Below are positions 1 through 9,574 of a DNA stretch of 33,372 nt, piece after piece. Both the position numbers and the translations under genes were made by a program. Origin of the DNA: Promethearchaeia archaeon (GTDB lineage: Archaea > Asgardarchaeota > Lokiarchaeia > Sigyniarchaeales > SOKP01). Under the pieces are notes generated by a model. The model searched no databases. It was given only the letters and a program-made list of their open reading frames with translations, and was not told the DNA's origin. Within the stretch, counting starts at the first letter, position 1, and each line of letters starts with the position of its first letter. Where the stretch lies: NCBI GenBank assembly GCA_029856125.1, contig JAHQWJ010000068.1:1-33372 (forward strand), read 5' to 3'.

Positions 1-409
1 TCTTATTTTCCATATTATATCCTTCCCTATATACAAGTCTTTTAATTCCTGCGTTAATAATTAATTTCAAACAACTCATACAAGGAAAATGCGTACTGTA
101 AAGGATAGTATTGCCTAATATTGAAGTACCATGAATAGCTGCTTGAATAATACAATTAATTTCAGCATGAACGCCTCGACATAATTCTGGCTTTTCACCA
201 CTTTTTAAATTCTGTCGTACACAGGTTTCTGGAGTACAATGATTAAATCCAGAAGGAGCGCCATTATATCCTGTCGATAGAATATGAGAATCCTTAACTA
301 AAACTGAACCTACCTTTCGCTTTATGCAAGTACTTCTCTCGGATACAAGTCCTGCAATTTTTATGAAATACTCGTCTTTTGATATCCTAAATTCGTTTTC
401 TTGTTTCAT
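1..409 (-). CDS. dCMP deaminase / cytidine-deoxycytidylate deaminase family protein (3' end runs off the window)
   Basis: Not in the ORF track. Manual translation from ATG at 409 gives [54 protein letters not shown]...[13 protein letters not shown]...[17 protein letters not shown], with the HAE and PCxxC zinc motifs and the TGYNG motif. Confidence 0.93.
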   Translation of the reverse strand, partial: MKQENEFRISKDEYFIKIAGLVSERSTCIKRKVGSVLVKDSHILSTGYNGAPSGFNHCTPETCVRQNLKSGEKPELCRGVHAEINCIIQAAIHGTSILGNTILYSTHFPCMSCLKLIINAGIKRLVYREGYNMENK

Positions 410-550
410 TTTCTTTATATGATTACTGTAAATTTTCTTATAAAAGGTTATTTATGTCCATTGAAATAATATTAATGCGATTTAAGCTACACATTCTTTA
501 GATCAGTTTATTCTATGATTATGGGTTTTAGACTTACACTTTAAAAAAAA

Positions 551-1612
551 TTAGAAATAACTTGGGTCTAATATGAACATAATTAATAGTATAGCCAAAA
601 AGACGCAAATTATTGAAACGATAAAAACGACTAAATTATTATCAATTTTAATCTTGAGTTTAGTAAATCGTAAATTTAGATTTAAGTCAAAGTATTCTTT
701 AGGTTTTAATATTCCAAAAAGGATGAAGGGTTGAAAGTATCTTATGTAAGGATTACTGAAATATATAAAAGATGCCATAACGAATATTGAGAAAAATACG
801 ATTTCAAATGTATCTGCCTTTCTAAATCTAAACCCCAAGTACAGTACGGTTAAAACAGCTGCAGGGATAATTCTAATATAAATCGGCAAATAACCCTCAC
901 CCCTCTGATTCCAAAATGCGTATAATTCCAAATATCCTTCCAAATAAAAAACGGGTGATATTAAAAAGATAAATGCAATTATAACTGTTGTTATAAGAAA
1001 TATCTTTAATTCATCCCAGTTCTTATCATATACCAATTTCAGAAAGAGAAGTCCTATTACCGGTAGAGTATAATACTTTGCGCATACTGAGAGTGCTAAG
1101 AAAGAATAGAATAAATACTTGTGAATTTTTTTAGTTTTAGGAAAATAATACAATGCCACAAAGAAAAGTAAGAAAAAAAACGAGTCTGTTATATGATAAC
1201 CGCAATTAGATAAACTAAAAACATTATTTAAAAAGAGAAATGGATTAATAAAAAATAGGCCATAAACATATAGCCTTTTAGGAATATCGAAGCTTTTTAA
1301 GACATAGTAAAATACAATCATGATTAGCAAGTCAAAGAAAAATGCCCAGAATGCGAAAATTTCAAGCATCCCAAATGATAAGAATTTGAAAATAAATAGA
1401 AATATTTGTGCGAGAGGAGGGTAAATCTCAAAACTTTGGTAATTAATTTCAACATCGCCCCAACTCCTCCCAGGTTCTATAATTTGAATAATATAATAAA
1501 AAATTAACATTACAACCCTAATAAGTATTCCAGCAAAAATAAAAATAAGAGCTTTATTAGATAGAATACGATTAATTAAGCTTAATTCTGACTGTTCTGA
1601 ATTTTCTTGCAT
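551..1612 (-). CDS. GT-C superfamily multi-pass membrane glycosyltransferase (GT87/PIG-M/ALG3-like)
   Basis: About 10 hydrophobic segments. Acidic residues and YPP lie in the first loop after TM1 (SWGDVEINYQSFEIYPPL), and there is an ALSVCAKYYTLP motif. Divergent from a polyprenol-P-sugar synthase. ATG at 1612 preferred; the ORF track extends to GTG 1654. Confidence 0.6.
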   Translation of the reverse strand: MQENSEQSELSLINRILSNKALIFIFAGILIRVVMLIFYYIIQIIEPGRSWGDVEINYQSFEIYPPLAQIFLFIFKFLSFGMLEIFAFWAFFFDLLIMIVFYYVLKSFDIPKRLYVYGLFFINPFLFLNNVFSLSNCGYHITDSFFFLLFFVALYYFPKTKKIHKYLFYSFLALSVCAKYYTLPVIGLLFLKLVYDKNWDELKIFLITTVIIAFIFLISPVFYLEGYLELYAFWNQRGEGYLPIYIRIIPAAVLTVLYLGFRFRKADTFEIVFFSIFVMASFIYFSNPYIRYFQPFILFGILKPKEYFDLNLNLRFTKLKIKIDNNLVVFIVSIICVFLAILLIMFILDPSYF

Positions 1613-1766
1613 GATTATCCCGTAAAACAGTAATTCAACTAAACACCCTAGCACTAAACATGTTTATATTTATAAGGAAATTAAATAATTCTAAAATTTA
1701 ATTAAATTATAAAATTTATTAATCTATATAAACTTGAATTTCTGCTTAAATCGGAATTACTTTATT

Positions 1767-2522
1767 ATGATTAAAATTTTCATTCCTGTTTACAACGAAG
1801 AGGAATTTATAGAACAAAACCTTCGTTACATGGTTCCCAAGTTTTCCAAGCTATTAACAGATGATTATAAGATTTATGTTGTTAATGATGGAAGCACTGA
1901 TCGAACGGGTGATATATTAGATTCTATTAGCATTGATAATGTTATACATTTAAAATGCAATGGCCCTTCAGTTAGAGAAAATCTTGCTAAAATGTTTGTT
2001 AAACAGGGTCAAAAAGGTGACTTAATATTTTTCATGGATGCTGATCTTTCAACTGATATGAGTTCGCTCCCTCAAATGATTACTGAAATGAAAAGAGGGT
2101 TTGATATTGTAGTAGGAAGTCGATATCAAAAAGGAGCAAAACTAAATAGGATTCCATATCGATTTATTGTATCAAAAATTTTTAATACGTTTTTAAATCT
2201 TTATTTTGGTTCTCGTGTTAGAGACCACGAATGTGGTTTTAAATTGTTTAAGTATGAAGTTATTCGTGATTTGGTAAAGGATATGGGAGTGAATTTACAA
2301 AGAAGAGCATTTTGGGACTCTGAAATGTTAATTAGAGCCCAACAAAAGGGATACCGAATAAAAGAGGTTCCAGTTATTTGGATAGAAGGTCCTAAATCCT
2401 ATATTTCAATTAACAAAGAGAAATCTATGGTAAGTTATATACTAATACTGAGATTTAGATTAGTTAATGAAAGAAAGATTAATAGAAAAAAACAAAAGTC
2501 ACTTTCTATAAACTCCAACTAA
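1767..2522 (+). CDS. GT2 dolichyl/polyprenyl-phosphate hexosyltransferase (ALG5/DPM1/AglD-like)
   Basis: IPVYNEE, VNDGSTD, FMDADLS (DxD), GSRY, DHECGFKLF, FWDSEMLIRA and IKEVPVIW motifs. ATG at 1767 preferred over TTG 1734. Confidence 0.88.
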   Translation: MIKIFIPVYNEEEFIEQNLRYMVPKFSKLLTDDYKIYVVNDGSTDRTGDILDSISIDNVIHLKCNGPSVRENLAKMFVKQGQKGDLIFFMDADLSTDMSSLPQMITEMKRGFDIVVGSRYQKGAKLNRIPYRFIVSKIFNTFLNLYFGSRVRDHECGFKLFKYEVIRDLVKDMGVNLQRRAFWDSEMLIRAQQKGYRIKEVPVIWIEGPKSYISINKEKSMVSYILILRFRLVNERKINRKKQKSLSINSN

Positions 2523-3203
2523 GGAAAGACCAAATGGGAGTCGATAATCTCTCGTAATTAATTTATTTTCAATTTTTAAGAAATTTAAAAAGACTTTCTC
2601 TAGTAAATAGGGAAGGTTAAAATAATCTGTTTTTGGTTTTGCTCTTTTTTTTAATAGTCTTAAGATAGAAAGAGGGAGAAATAAAATTGAATTCCAATAA
2701 CTAAGATATTCGTAGTTGAAAACTTTCAATAATTGAAATAATTTCTTTTTGCTATATCTTCGATAATGTAGTAATGCTCTATCGTGTGCACTAAATAAAA
2801 AATTGAAGGCAGGAACCATGAGTAAGAGGAGCCCCCTTTTTTTTAATACTCTATGTGCTTCTAAAACCGCTTTTTTATCATTCTTTATATGTTCAAAAAC
2901 ATCAAATGAACACACGATATCAAAAAAATCATCAGGATAGGGTAAAGCTGTCGCATCGCATAATTTCTTTTCAGAATATAAATTTGACGGGATTAAATCT
3001 AAAGCTTTTTTATTAACATCAATAATATATATATTTCCAAATCGATTTATTATTTCAAGATCGGCACCAGTTCCGGCTCCAATATTTAAGATTTTTAGAT
3101 TTTTACGGCCAATTTTATTCATTAGTATATTAATTAAATCTTTTTTACTCCTAAACCAAAATTGATCTCCAGTTTGTCCGTCTATATAATCCCTGTAATC
3201 CAT
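2499..3203 (-). CDS. Class I SAM-dependent methyltransferase (glycan-cluster associated)
   Basis: ILNIGAGTG motif I, CDATALPY, FDVFEHI, VPAF...HD...HYRRY. The 3' end overlaps the convergent GT2 gene by 24 bp. Confidence 0.88.
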   Translation of the reverse strand: MDYRDYIDGQTGDQFWFRSKKDLINILMNKIGRKNLKILNIGAGTGADLEIINRFGNIYIIDVNKKALDLIPSNLYSEKKLCDATALPYPDDFFDIVCSFDVFEHIKNDKKAVLEAHRVLKKRGLLLLMVPAFNFLFSAHDRALLHYRRYSKKKLFQLLKVFNYEYLSYWNSILFLPLSILRLLKKRAKPKTDYFNLPYLLEKVFLNFLKIENKLITRDYRLPFGLSLVGVYRK

Positions 3204-3248
3204 CTTTACTTAACTAATCTTAATTTCTAATTTTTTATAGAAATGATA

Positions 3249-4298
3249 TTAATTATTGATTGTCTTAATCTTTTTCAAGCTAAAGTTATAATGAAAAATA
3301 GAGTATCCTCCAAAAAATAAGAGATAGGCACTTCTGAATAAGTGATCTATAATAAATATTGACAAAATCTCAGGGAATGTAATTGTGAGAGAATAAAAGA
3401 AGAAAATAAATGCGGCTCCTACATTTTCTGAAATTCCCCAACCTCCAGGAGTAATAGGAAAAGTTTTACTAAAAAATGTAAGTATGATGGCAAGTATCAA
3501 TAAAAGGATGTTTAATTGAAATCCAAGAATGTAAAAAAAGATAATAACAATAGACGCATCAATTATCCAAGTTGGAAAACCCAGTAAGATTATGTAAATT
3601 AATTCTCGTCTATGATCTTTAAATTTTTTCATGCCTTCTTTAAAATTTATCACAAATCGTCCCACATAATGAGCTAGTTTTGGTGATATTTTCTTTAAAA
3701 TATTAATTACGAACTCTGTTTTGTATAGAAGTAAAATAAGGATTACTAATATTCCAATAATAACTATCGCACCAATAGCTAAATAAAATTGAATATTTTG
3801 ACCTAAAATTTGCCCAGAGATCGCTCCACTGAAATTACTAATATAGAGATATATTAACGCAAAGCAGCTAATAATGAAAAGTAGAATTAAATCTAATACT
3901 CTTTCAATCGCAATCGCTGCTACAGATTCGCTAAGAAGGATTTTTTCTTCATCTTTTATCATAAAAATTTTAGCGAAATCTCCTAATTTACCGGGAGTTA
4001 GATCATTTATAACAAATGAAGCTCCAGTAGAGAAAAAAGCGGTTGTATATTTGATATTTAGATTAAGACCTTTAAAAATTAATTTTAATTTATATGCCCT
4101 CAATATAAAAGCAATAGTGTATGTTATTACAAAAATTATTAACCCGAAAAAACCCACAGTGATTAAGTTTTGAATAAATTGCAAAAAATCTACAAAAAAC
4201 AGCATAAAAATTAATAATAAAATGGTTCCTATTCCAATGATTAGCCGTTTTCTTTTTTTTATCCAAACAATGAATTTACTATTTTTTTCTTCACTCAT
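3249..4298 (-). CDS. Lysylphosphatidylglycerol-synthase TM domain / flippase-like membrane protein (UPF0104, AglD2-like)
   Basis: About 8 TM segments; INDLTPGKLGDFAK, IERVLDL and PITPGGWGISE motifs are typical of the family. Confidence 0.85.
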   Translation of the reverse strand: MSEEKNSKFIVWIKKRKRLIIGIGTILLLIFMLFFVDFLQFIQNLITVGFFGLIIFVITYTIAFILRAYKLKLIFKGLNLNIKYTTAFFSTGASFVINDLTPGKLGDFAKIFMIKDEEKILLSESVAAIAIERVLDLILLFIISCFALIYLYISNFSGAISGQILGQNIQFYLAIGAIVIIGILVILILLLYKTEFVINILKKISPKLAHYVGRFVINFKEGMKKFKDHRRELIYIILLGFPTWIIDASIVIIFFYILGFQLNILLLILAIILTFFSKTFPITPGGWGISENVGAAFIFFFYSLTITFPEILSIFIIDHLFRSAYLLFFGGYSIFHYNFSLKKIKTINN

Positions 4299-4466
4299 AA
4301 ATTAAAATTCAAAATTTTCTTTTTATCTTAAATTTATTCAATTTTTATAATATGACAATAAAATAATAGATCTTATTAGGAGAACTATTTTGAAGAAGAG
4401 AATTTACACATTTTCAATAATACAATTATAGATAAATTTTTTGGAAAAGAAATCAAAACATTATAT

Positions 4467-5729
4467 ATGGAAAAGGTTGAATTATTGGCACCTGCTAAAA
4501 ACTTCAAGGCGATAAAAGCTGCCTCAAAATATGCTGATTCCATCTATTTTGGAATTGAAAAGTTTAATATGAGGATGCGTTCTGAAAATATCGCCTTGAA
4601 AGACTTAAGTAAAACAACTAATTTTTGCCACGAACATAATTTAAAAGCATACTTAACTACAAATATTCTAATCTATGATAAAGAATTGGAATTTTTGAGA
4701 ACAATAATTAAAAAAGGAAAAGAATCTAATATTGACGCTGTAATAGTTCATGATATTGCTGCAATAGAAATCGCAAAAGAATTTGATATGCCATTCCATA
4801 TATCAACTCAGTGTAACGTCTCAAATTCATTGTCTGCGAGATTTTATGAGAAGCTAGGTGCTGAGAGAATTATTCTTGCTAGAGAGTTATCGTTGGAAAA
4901 AATAAAAGAGATTAAAAGAAATTTACATAAAGCAGAGATAGAAGTCTTTATTCATGGTGCAATGTGCACTTCTGTTAGTGGGAGATGCTACTTTTCTCAA
5001 GATATATGCGGAACTGAAAAGAAATCAGCTAACCGAGGAAGTTGCATACAACCTTGTAGAAGACGCTGGTGGGTAAGGGAAGAATCTGGGGCAGAATATA
5101 TTTACGATGGAGTGAGATTTATGAATTCACGAGATCTTTGTACTATAGCCTACATCCCAGAATTAATAGAAGCAAAAGTTGATGCTTTCAAAATTGAGGG
5201 TAGGATGAGACACCCACACTATGTCGAGATAGTTACTAAAACTTATCGTGAAGCAATTGAAGCATACTATGATGGTACATTTTCAAAAAAAAAAGCTGGT
5301 AGATGGGTAACTGATTTAAAAAAAGTTTATAATCGTGGGTTTACTCCGGGGTTTTACTTTAAAAGAATGACAGAAGAAGACCATCAACATAAATCACCAG
5401 CAAATTTATCGCATTTTAGATATATAAGATTAGGGGTAGTTGAAGAATATGATCCGAAGAAAAACTCTGCGTTCATATCTCTAAACAATGGTTATTTGAC
5501 GAAAAACGACGATGTTATTATTATGGGCAAAAATACAGACACATACTTGCATCAAAAGGCTAAAAAAATAATTTACGGCGGTAAATCGGTTGACAAAACT
5601 CCGCGAGGCACTACGGAAAATAAGGTTAGTATAGAATTGCGTGTAGATGGAAAAGTAATTGGTAACGGAGAAGATACAATCTATATTTTCACTGATAAAA
5701 CCTATAAGTTGAAAAAATATTCTTTATAA
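4467..5729 (+). CDS. U32 'peptidase' family Fe-S protein (TrhP/RlhA-like RNA hydroxylation protein)
   Basis: ELLAPA, HISTQ, ILARELSL, EVFIHGAMCTSVSGRC, NRGSCIQPCR (four-Cys cluster motif) and FKIEGR. Confidence 0.92.
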   Translation: MEKVELLAPAKNFKAIKAASKYADSIYFGIEKFNMRMRSENIALKDLSKTTNFCHEHNLKAYLTTNILIYDKELEFLRTIIKKGKESNIDAVIVHDIAAIEIAKEFDMPFHISTQCNVSNSLSARFYEKLGAERIILARELSLEKIKEIKRNLHKAEIEVFIHGAMCTSVSGRCYFSQDICGTEKKSANRGSCIQPCRRRWWVREESGAEYIYDGVRFMNSRDLCTIAYIPELIEAKVDAFKIEGRMRHPHYVEIVTKTYREAIEAYYDGTFSKKKAGRWVTDLKKVYNRGFTPGFYFKRMTEEDHQHKSPANLSHFRYIRLGVVEEYDPKKNSAFISLNNGYLTKNDDVIIMGKNTDTYLHQKAKKIIYGGKSVDKTPRGTTENKVSIELRVDGKVIGNGEDTIYIFTDKTYKLKKYSL

Positions 5730-5762
5730 TTAACAATAATTCAATCGTAATTCATAATTATC

Positions 5763-6680
5763 ATGGAGAATAAAATCAAAAAGATTGTTGAGTCTGTTCC
5801 TAATTATAGCGAGGGCACAGATGGAAAAAAAGTCGAACAGATCGTTTCTGAAATTAAAAATACCCCTAAAACTAAAATTGTTGACATTCAATACGACAGC
5901 GACTATAATAGAGCTGTTATTACATTTGTAGGAACACCAGAAGCTGTCTTGATGGCAAATATAGCAGCTGCTAAAAAAGCAATAGAATTAATTGATATGA
6001 ACAAGCATAAAGGTCAACATCCTCGAATAGGCGCAATTGATGTAGTTCCATTTGTTCCCGCTCAGAATGTTTCAATTGAGGAGTGTATTGAATTATCGAA
6101 GCGGTTTGCTGAAGAAATGGCAAAAGAGGGAGTTCCAGTATATTTATACGAAGAATCGGCAAAATTTCTTGAAAGAAAAAATATTGATAAGATAAGAAAG
6201 GGGGAATATGAAGGGTTGAAAGAAAGTATTGAAACAGATTCTGATAGAAAACCAGATTTTGGACCTTCTAAATTTCATCCGACAGCCGGAGCGATTGTTA
6301 CAGGGGCTAGGTACCCTCTTATAAGCTTTAATATCAACCTTGGGACTAAAAATGTAAAAGTAGCAAAAAAAGTAGCTAAAGCGATCCACTTGCAATCGGG
6401 AGGATTGGTGAATGTTAAAGCTATGGGTACGGATTTAAAAGAAAGAGATTGCGTTCAAGTGGGTATTAGCAATATTAATTTCAAAAAGACACCTTTATAT
6501 CGTCAGATGGAGCTCGTGCGAATTGAAGCTGCTCGCTATGGAGTATCGATCGTCGGAACTGAGTTAATAGGAGTATTACCTTTAGAAGCTGTTCTTAATT
6601 CGTTAGATTATTACTTACAACTTGAAAACCCTAAGAAACTTGAACCAAAGCATTTATTAGAAGATTATTTCGATTTCTAG
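5763..6680 (+). CDS. ftcD: Glutamate formimidoyltransferase (stand-alone FT domain of FTCD)
   Basis: VESVPNYSEG, DYNRAVITFVG, HKGQHPRIGAIDVVPFVP, IRKGEYEG, PDFGP, HPTAGA and GAR. 305 aa, with no cyclodeaminase domain. Confidence 0.93.
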   Translation: MENKIKKIVESVPNYSEGTDGKKVEQIVSEIKNTPKTKIVDIQYDSDYNRAVITFVGTPEAVLMANIAAAKKAIELIDMNKHKGQHPRIGAIDVVPFVPAQNVSIEECIELSKRFAEEMAKEGVPVYLYEESAKFLERKNIDKIRKGEYEGLKESIETDSDRKPDFGPSKFHPTAGAIVTGARYPLISFNINLGTKNVKVAKKVAKAIHLQSGGLVNVKAMGTDLKERDCVQVGISNINFKKTPLYRQMELVRIEAARYGVSIVGTELIGVLPLEAVLNSLDYYLQLENPKKLEPKHLLEDYFDF

Positions 6681-6696
6681 TATTTTATTTAACTAA

Positions 6697-8028
6697 TTAG
6701 TTGAAATCTACTACAACCTTACCACTTTTTATAACCTTTGATACTAAATTCACACCAAAATGGTAGGGAAGAAAATTATGATTTGGTACGTCGAAAACTA
6801 TTATATCTGCTTTTTTACCAACTTCTAAGCTACCAATTTCTTCTTGCCTTCCAATCGCACAAGCAGCATTGATTGTGGCTGCTGATAAAGCTTCAGCGGG
6901 TGACATTTTCATGTGATAACAAGCCAATGCGATTATCATTTGCATGGATTCTGTCCAACAATTTGGATTAAAGTCGGTAGCAAGAGCTACAGGAATGCCC
7001 ATTTCAATCATTTTTCTTGCGGGAGCATATTCTTTCAACATTAAACAAAATGGAGTTCCTGGTAATAGCGTAGCAATTGTTATGGTCTCTTTCAATGCTT
7101 TTAACCCTTTATCATTTGATTTCAGCATGTGTCCTACTTGCACTGCATTTAATTCGGCGGCTAATAACGCACCATTAGTGTCAACAATTTCGTCAATGTG
7201 AATCTGCGGTTTCATACCGTATTTAATGGCCGTTAATAATATTTTTTTAGTTTGTTCTGTCGAAAAAATCCCCTTTTCGCAAAAGACATCACAGAACTCT
7301 GCTAATTCTTCCTTTACTATTTTTGGAATCATTTTCGAAACTATTAGTTCTACATATTCGTCTGTTTTGCCTTTATATTCGGGTGGAACTGCATGAGCCC
7401 CTAGAAATGTAGAGACTATATCTATGGGATGCTCAAGATTCAGTTCTTTAGCCGCTAGTAACGACTTGATTTCACTCTCTGTATCTAAACCATATCCAGA
7501 TTTCGTTTCAATTGTAGTCGTACCATATTCCATCATTCTATTAAGAATAGTTTTCCCATTTTTAATTAATTGCGTTAACGGAGCTTTTCTTGTTGCTTTA
7601 ACTGTTTTTAATATTCCCCCTCCAGATTCCAAAATTTCAAGATAAGTCATGCCTGCAAGTTTCATTTCGAGCTCGTTTTCTCTATACCCATCAAAAATAA
7701 TGTGAGTATGAGGATCAATAAAGCCTGGAGTTACCAACTTATTTGTTGCATCGATAATAATTGTCTCTTCATTTGGAGGAAAATTGGCTATTAATTCTTG
7801 AGTAGTTCCTATAAAAATTATAGAATTACGCAAAATGGCTACAGCTCCATCAGGAATAATTGCAAGGTTTTTCATGTCTTTACCCACTCTTGGAACACCG
7901 AAAGCAGTATCCATTGTTACCAGTTCATTTGCGTGAATGATAATTAAATCCACTTGAGTTATTTTATCATTATTGTTTTGATCGCTTCTTTTTATTCTTT
8001 TAGGTGTGGGGGTTGATCTTACAGACAT
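6697..8028 (-). CDS. hutI: Imidazolonepropionase
   Basis: PGFIDPHTH, YLEILESGGGILKTVKATR, GTTTIETKSGYGL, TFLGAHAVP, DVFCEKG and ATDFNP; lies downstream of hutU-hutH. Confidence 0.95.
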   Translation of the reverse strand: MSVRSTPTPKRIKRSDQNNNDKITQVDLIIIHANELVTMDTAFGVPRVGKDMKNLAIIPDGAVAILRNSIIFIGTTQELIANFPPNEETIIIDATNKLVTPGFIDPHTHIIFDGYRENELEMKLAGMTYLEILESGGGILKTVKATRKAPLTQLIKNGKTILNRMMEYGTTTIETKSGYGLDTESEIKSLLAAKELNLEHPIDIVSTFLGAHAVPPEYKGKTDEYVELIVSKMIPKIVKEELAEFCDVFCEKGIFSTEQTKKILLTAIKYGMKPQIHIDEIVDTNGALLAAELNAVQVGHMLKSNDKGLKALKETITIATLLPGTPFCLMLKEYAPARKMIEMGIPVALATDFNPNCWTESMQMIIALACYHMKMSPAEALSAATINAACAIGRQEEIGSLEVGKKADIIVFDVPNHNFLPYHFGVNLVSKVIKSGKVVVDFN

Positions 8029-8041
8029 GATATTCTCTTCT

Positions 8042-9556
8042 CTAATCTTTGTTGGATAAAATAACCAATTCTTTACTCTTCACAATATTTAAAGCATTAT
8101 TAATATATTCAGATAAAATTACATCCTCGTTAAGATGGGGGATTTTTTGGCGAACATAAGCATGACAAGCTTCTAGAATTTCGCTTGATTTTATTGGCCT
8201 TCTAAAATCAAAGGCTTGAGCGGCACATAAAAGTTCGATAGCTAAAATCTTTTCGAGGTTACCAATGATTCGAAGCGTCTTTCTTGCACTAATTGATCCC
8301 ATACTTACATGATCTTCTTGTCCCATTGATGTTGGAATACTATCTGCACTTGCCGGGAAACACATCGATTTATTCTCACTAGCTAATGCTGCTGTACTAT
8401 ATTGAGTTATCATGAAACCCGAATTTAATCCAGATTCTTTTATCAAATAAGCAGGTAAACCCCACTTTCCTTCTAACAGAAGGTAAGTTCTTCTATCTGA
8501 TATATTTCCTATTTCTGAGGCGGCCAATCCAACATAATCTAAAGGTAACGCAAGGGGTTGGCCGTGGAAATTACCACCACTTATTGCTTTCTCTTCGTTA
8601 AAGATTATTGGATTATCAGTTACTGAATTTAATTCACATATTAATACCTCGTTGAAGTGAAAAAAAGCATCTCTAGAAGCACCATGGACTTGTGGTATGC
8701 ATCGTATAGAATAAGGATCTTGAACTCTCCCACAATCTTTATGTGATTCAATAAATTTAGAATCTTTTAGAAATCTCCTAAATTTTTCGGCTACAAGCAT
8801 AGCACCGTGATGGGGTCTTAACTTAATTAATTCTTCATCAAAAGGTTGAGATGAACCTAAATAAGCTTCAAGACTGAGCGCACCAATAATATCGGCGTTA
8901 TCGAGACAATTACTAAACTTTTCAGAGATCATTACAGCATGTGCAGAAATAAATTGTGTCCCATTAATCAGTGCTAAACCCTCTTTAGCGTGCAATTTCA
9001 TAGGAGATAAATCGTATTCTTTTAATATCTTTGCTGCTTTGTGATAATTTTTACCATCTTTTGATAAATAACCTAACCCTATGAGGGGTAGAAACAAATG
9101 GGCTAAAGGAGCGAGATCTCCAGATGCTCCTACGGAGCCTTGTTCTGGAACCAATGGAATTATATTAGTTTCTACATGCCAATTAATACGTTCGATCACT
9201 TGTAGAGAAATTCCAGAAAATCCTTTACATAAAGCATGAATTTTCAAAATCATCATTAATTTTGACAACTCTTGTTTAATAGGCTCTCCAATACCCACGC
9301 TATGACTTTTTAAAAGATTTTCTTGTAATTTACCAGTTTGTTCTTTTGAAATAATGGTAGTACATAGCGATCCAAACCCAGTATTAACACTATATACTAA
9401 TTTTTTACCTTTAGCTATTTTTTGAACTGTTTCGTAGTTCTCTATAACTCTTGATTTAACGGCTTCACTAATTATTCCGTTTACTTCCCCATTAGCAATC
9501 TCTAACGCTAAACTAGGGGTTAAGTGCCCAATTCCATACTTAAACTCTTTATTCAT
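8042..9556 (-). CDS. hutH: Histidine ammonia-lyase
   Basis: GSVGASGDLAPL (MIO-forming ASG), KEGLALINGT, VQDPYSIRCIPQVHGA, SGGNFHGQP and QEDHVSMG. ATG at 9556; the ORF track starts at TTG 9565. Confidence 0.97.
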   Translation of the reverse strand: MNKEFKYGIGHLTPSLALEIANGEVNGIISEAVKSRVIENYETVQKIAKGKKLVYSVNTGFGSLCTTIISKEQTGKLQENLLKSHSVGIGEPIKQELSKLMMILKIHALCKGFSGISLQVIERINWHVETNIIPLVPEQGSVGASGDLAPLAHLFLPLIGLGYLSKDGKNYHKAAKILKEYDLSPMKLHAKEGLALINGTQFISAHAVMISEKFSNCLDNADIIGALSLEAYLGSSQPFDEELIKLRPHHGAMLVAEKFRRFLKDSKFIESHKDCGRVQDPYSIRCIPQVHGASRDAFFHFNEVLICELNSVTDNPIIFNEEKAISGGNFHGQPLALPLDYVGLAASEIGNISDRRTYLLLEGKWGLPAYLIKESGLNSGFMITQYSTAALASENKSMCFPASADSIPTSMGQEDHVSMGSISARKTLRIIGNLEKILAIELLCAAQAFDFRRPIKSSEILEACHAYVRQKIPHLNEDVILSEYINNALNIVKSKELVILSNKD

Positions 9557-9574
9557 TTTAATCAATTTTATTAT

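Noticed and set aside
4467-5729. Collagenase/protease function for the U32 protein
   Set aside because: The four-Cys motif and characterised family members (TrhP, RlhA, UbiU/V) point to Fe-S-dependent hydroxylation; the exact substrate cannot be assigned.
7960-8028. Basic N-terminal extension of HutI (PKRIKR) as a targeting signal
   Set aside because: It is short and there is no supporting evidence; most likely a disordered extension.
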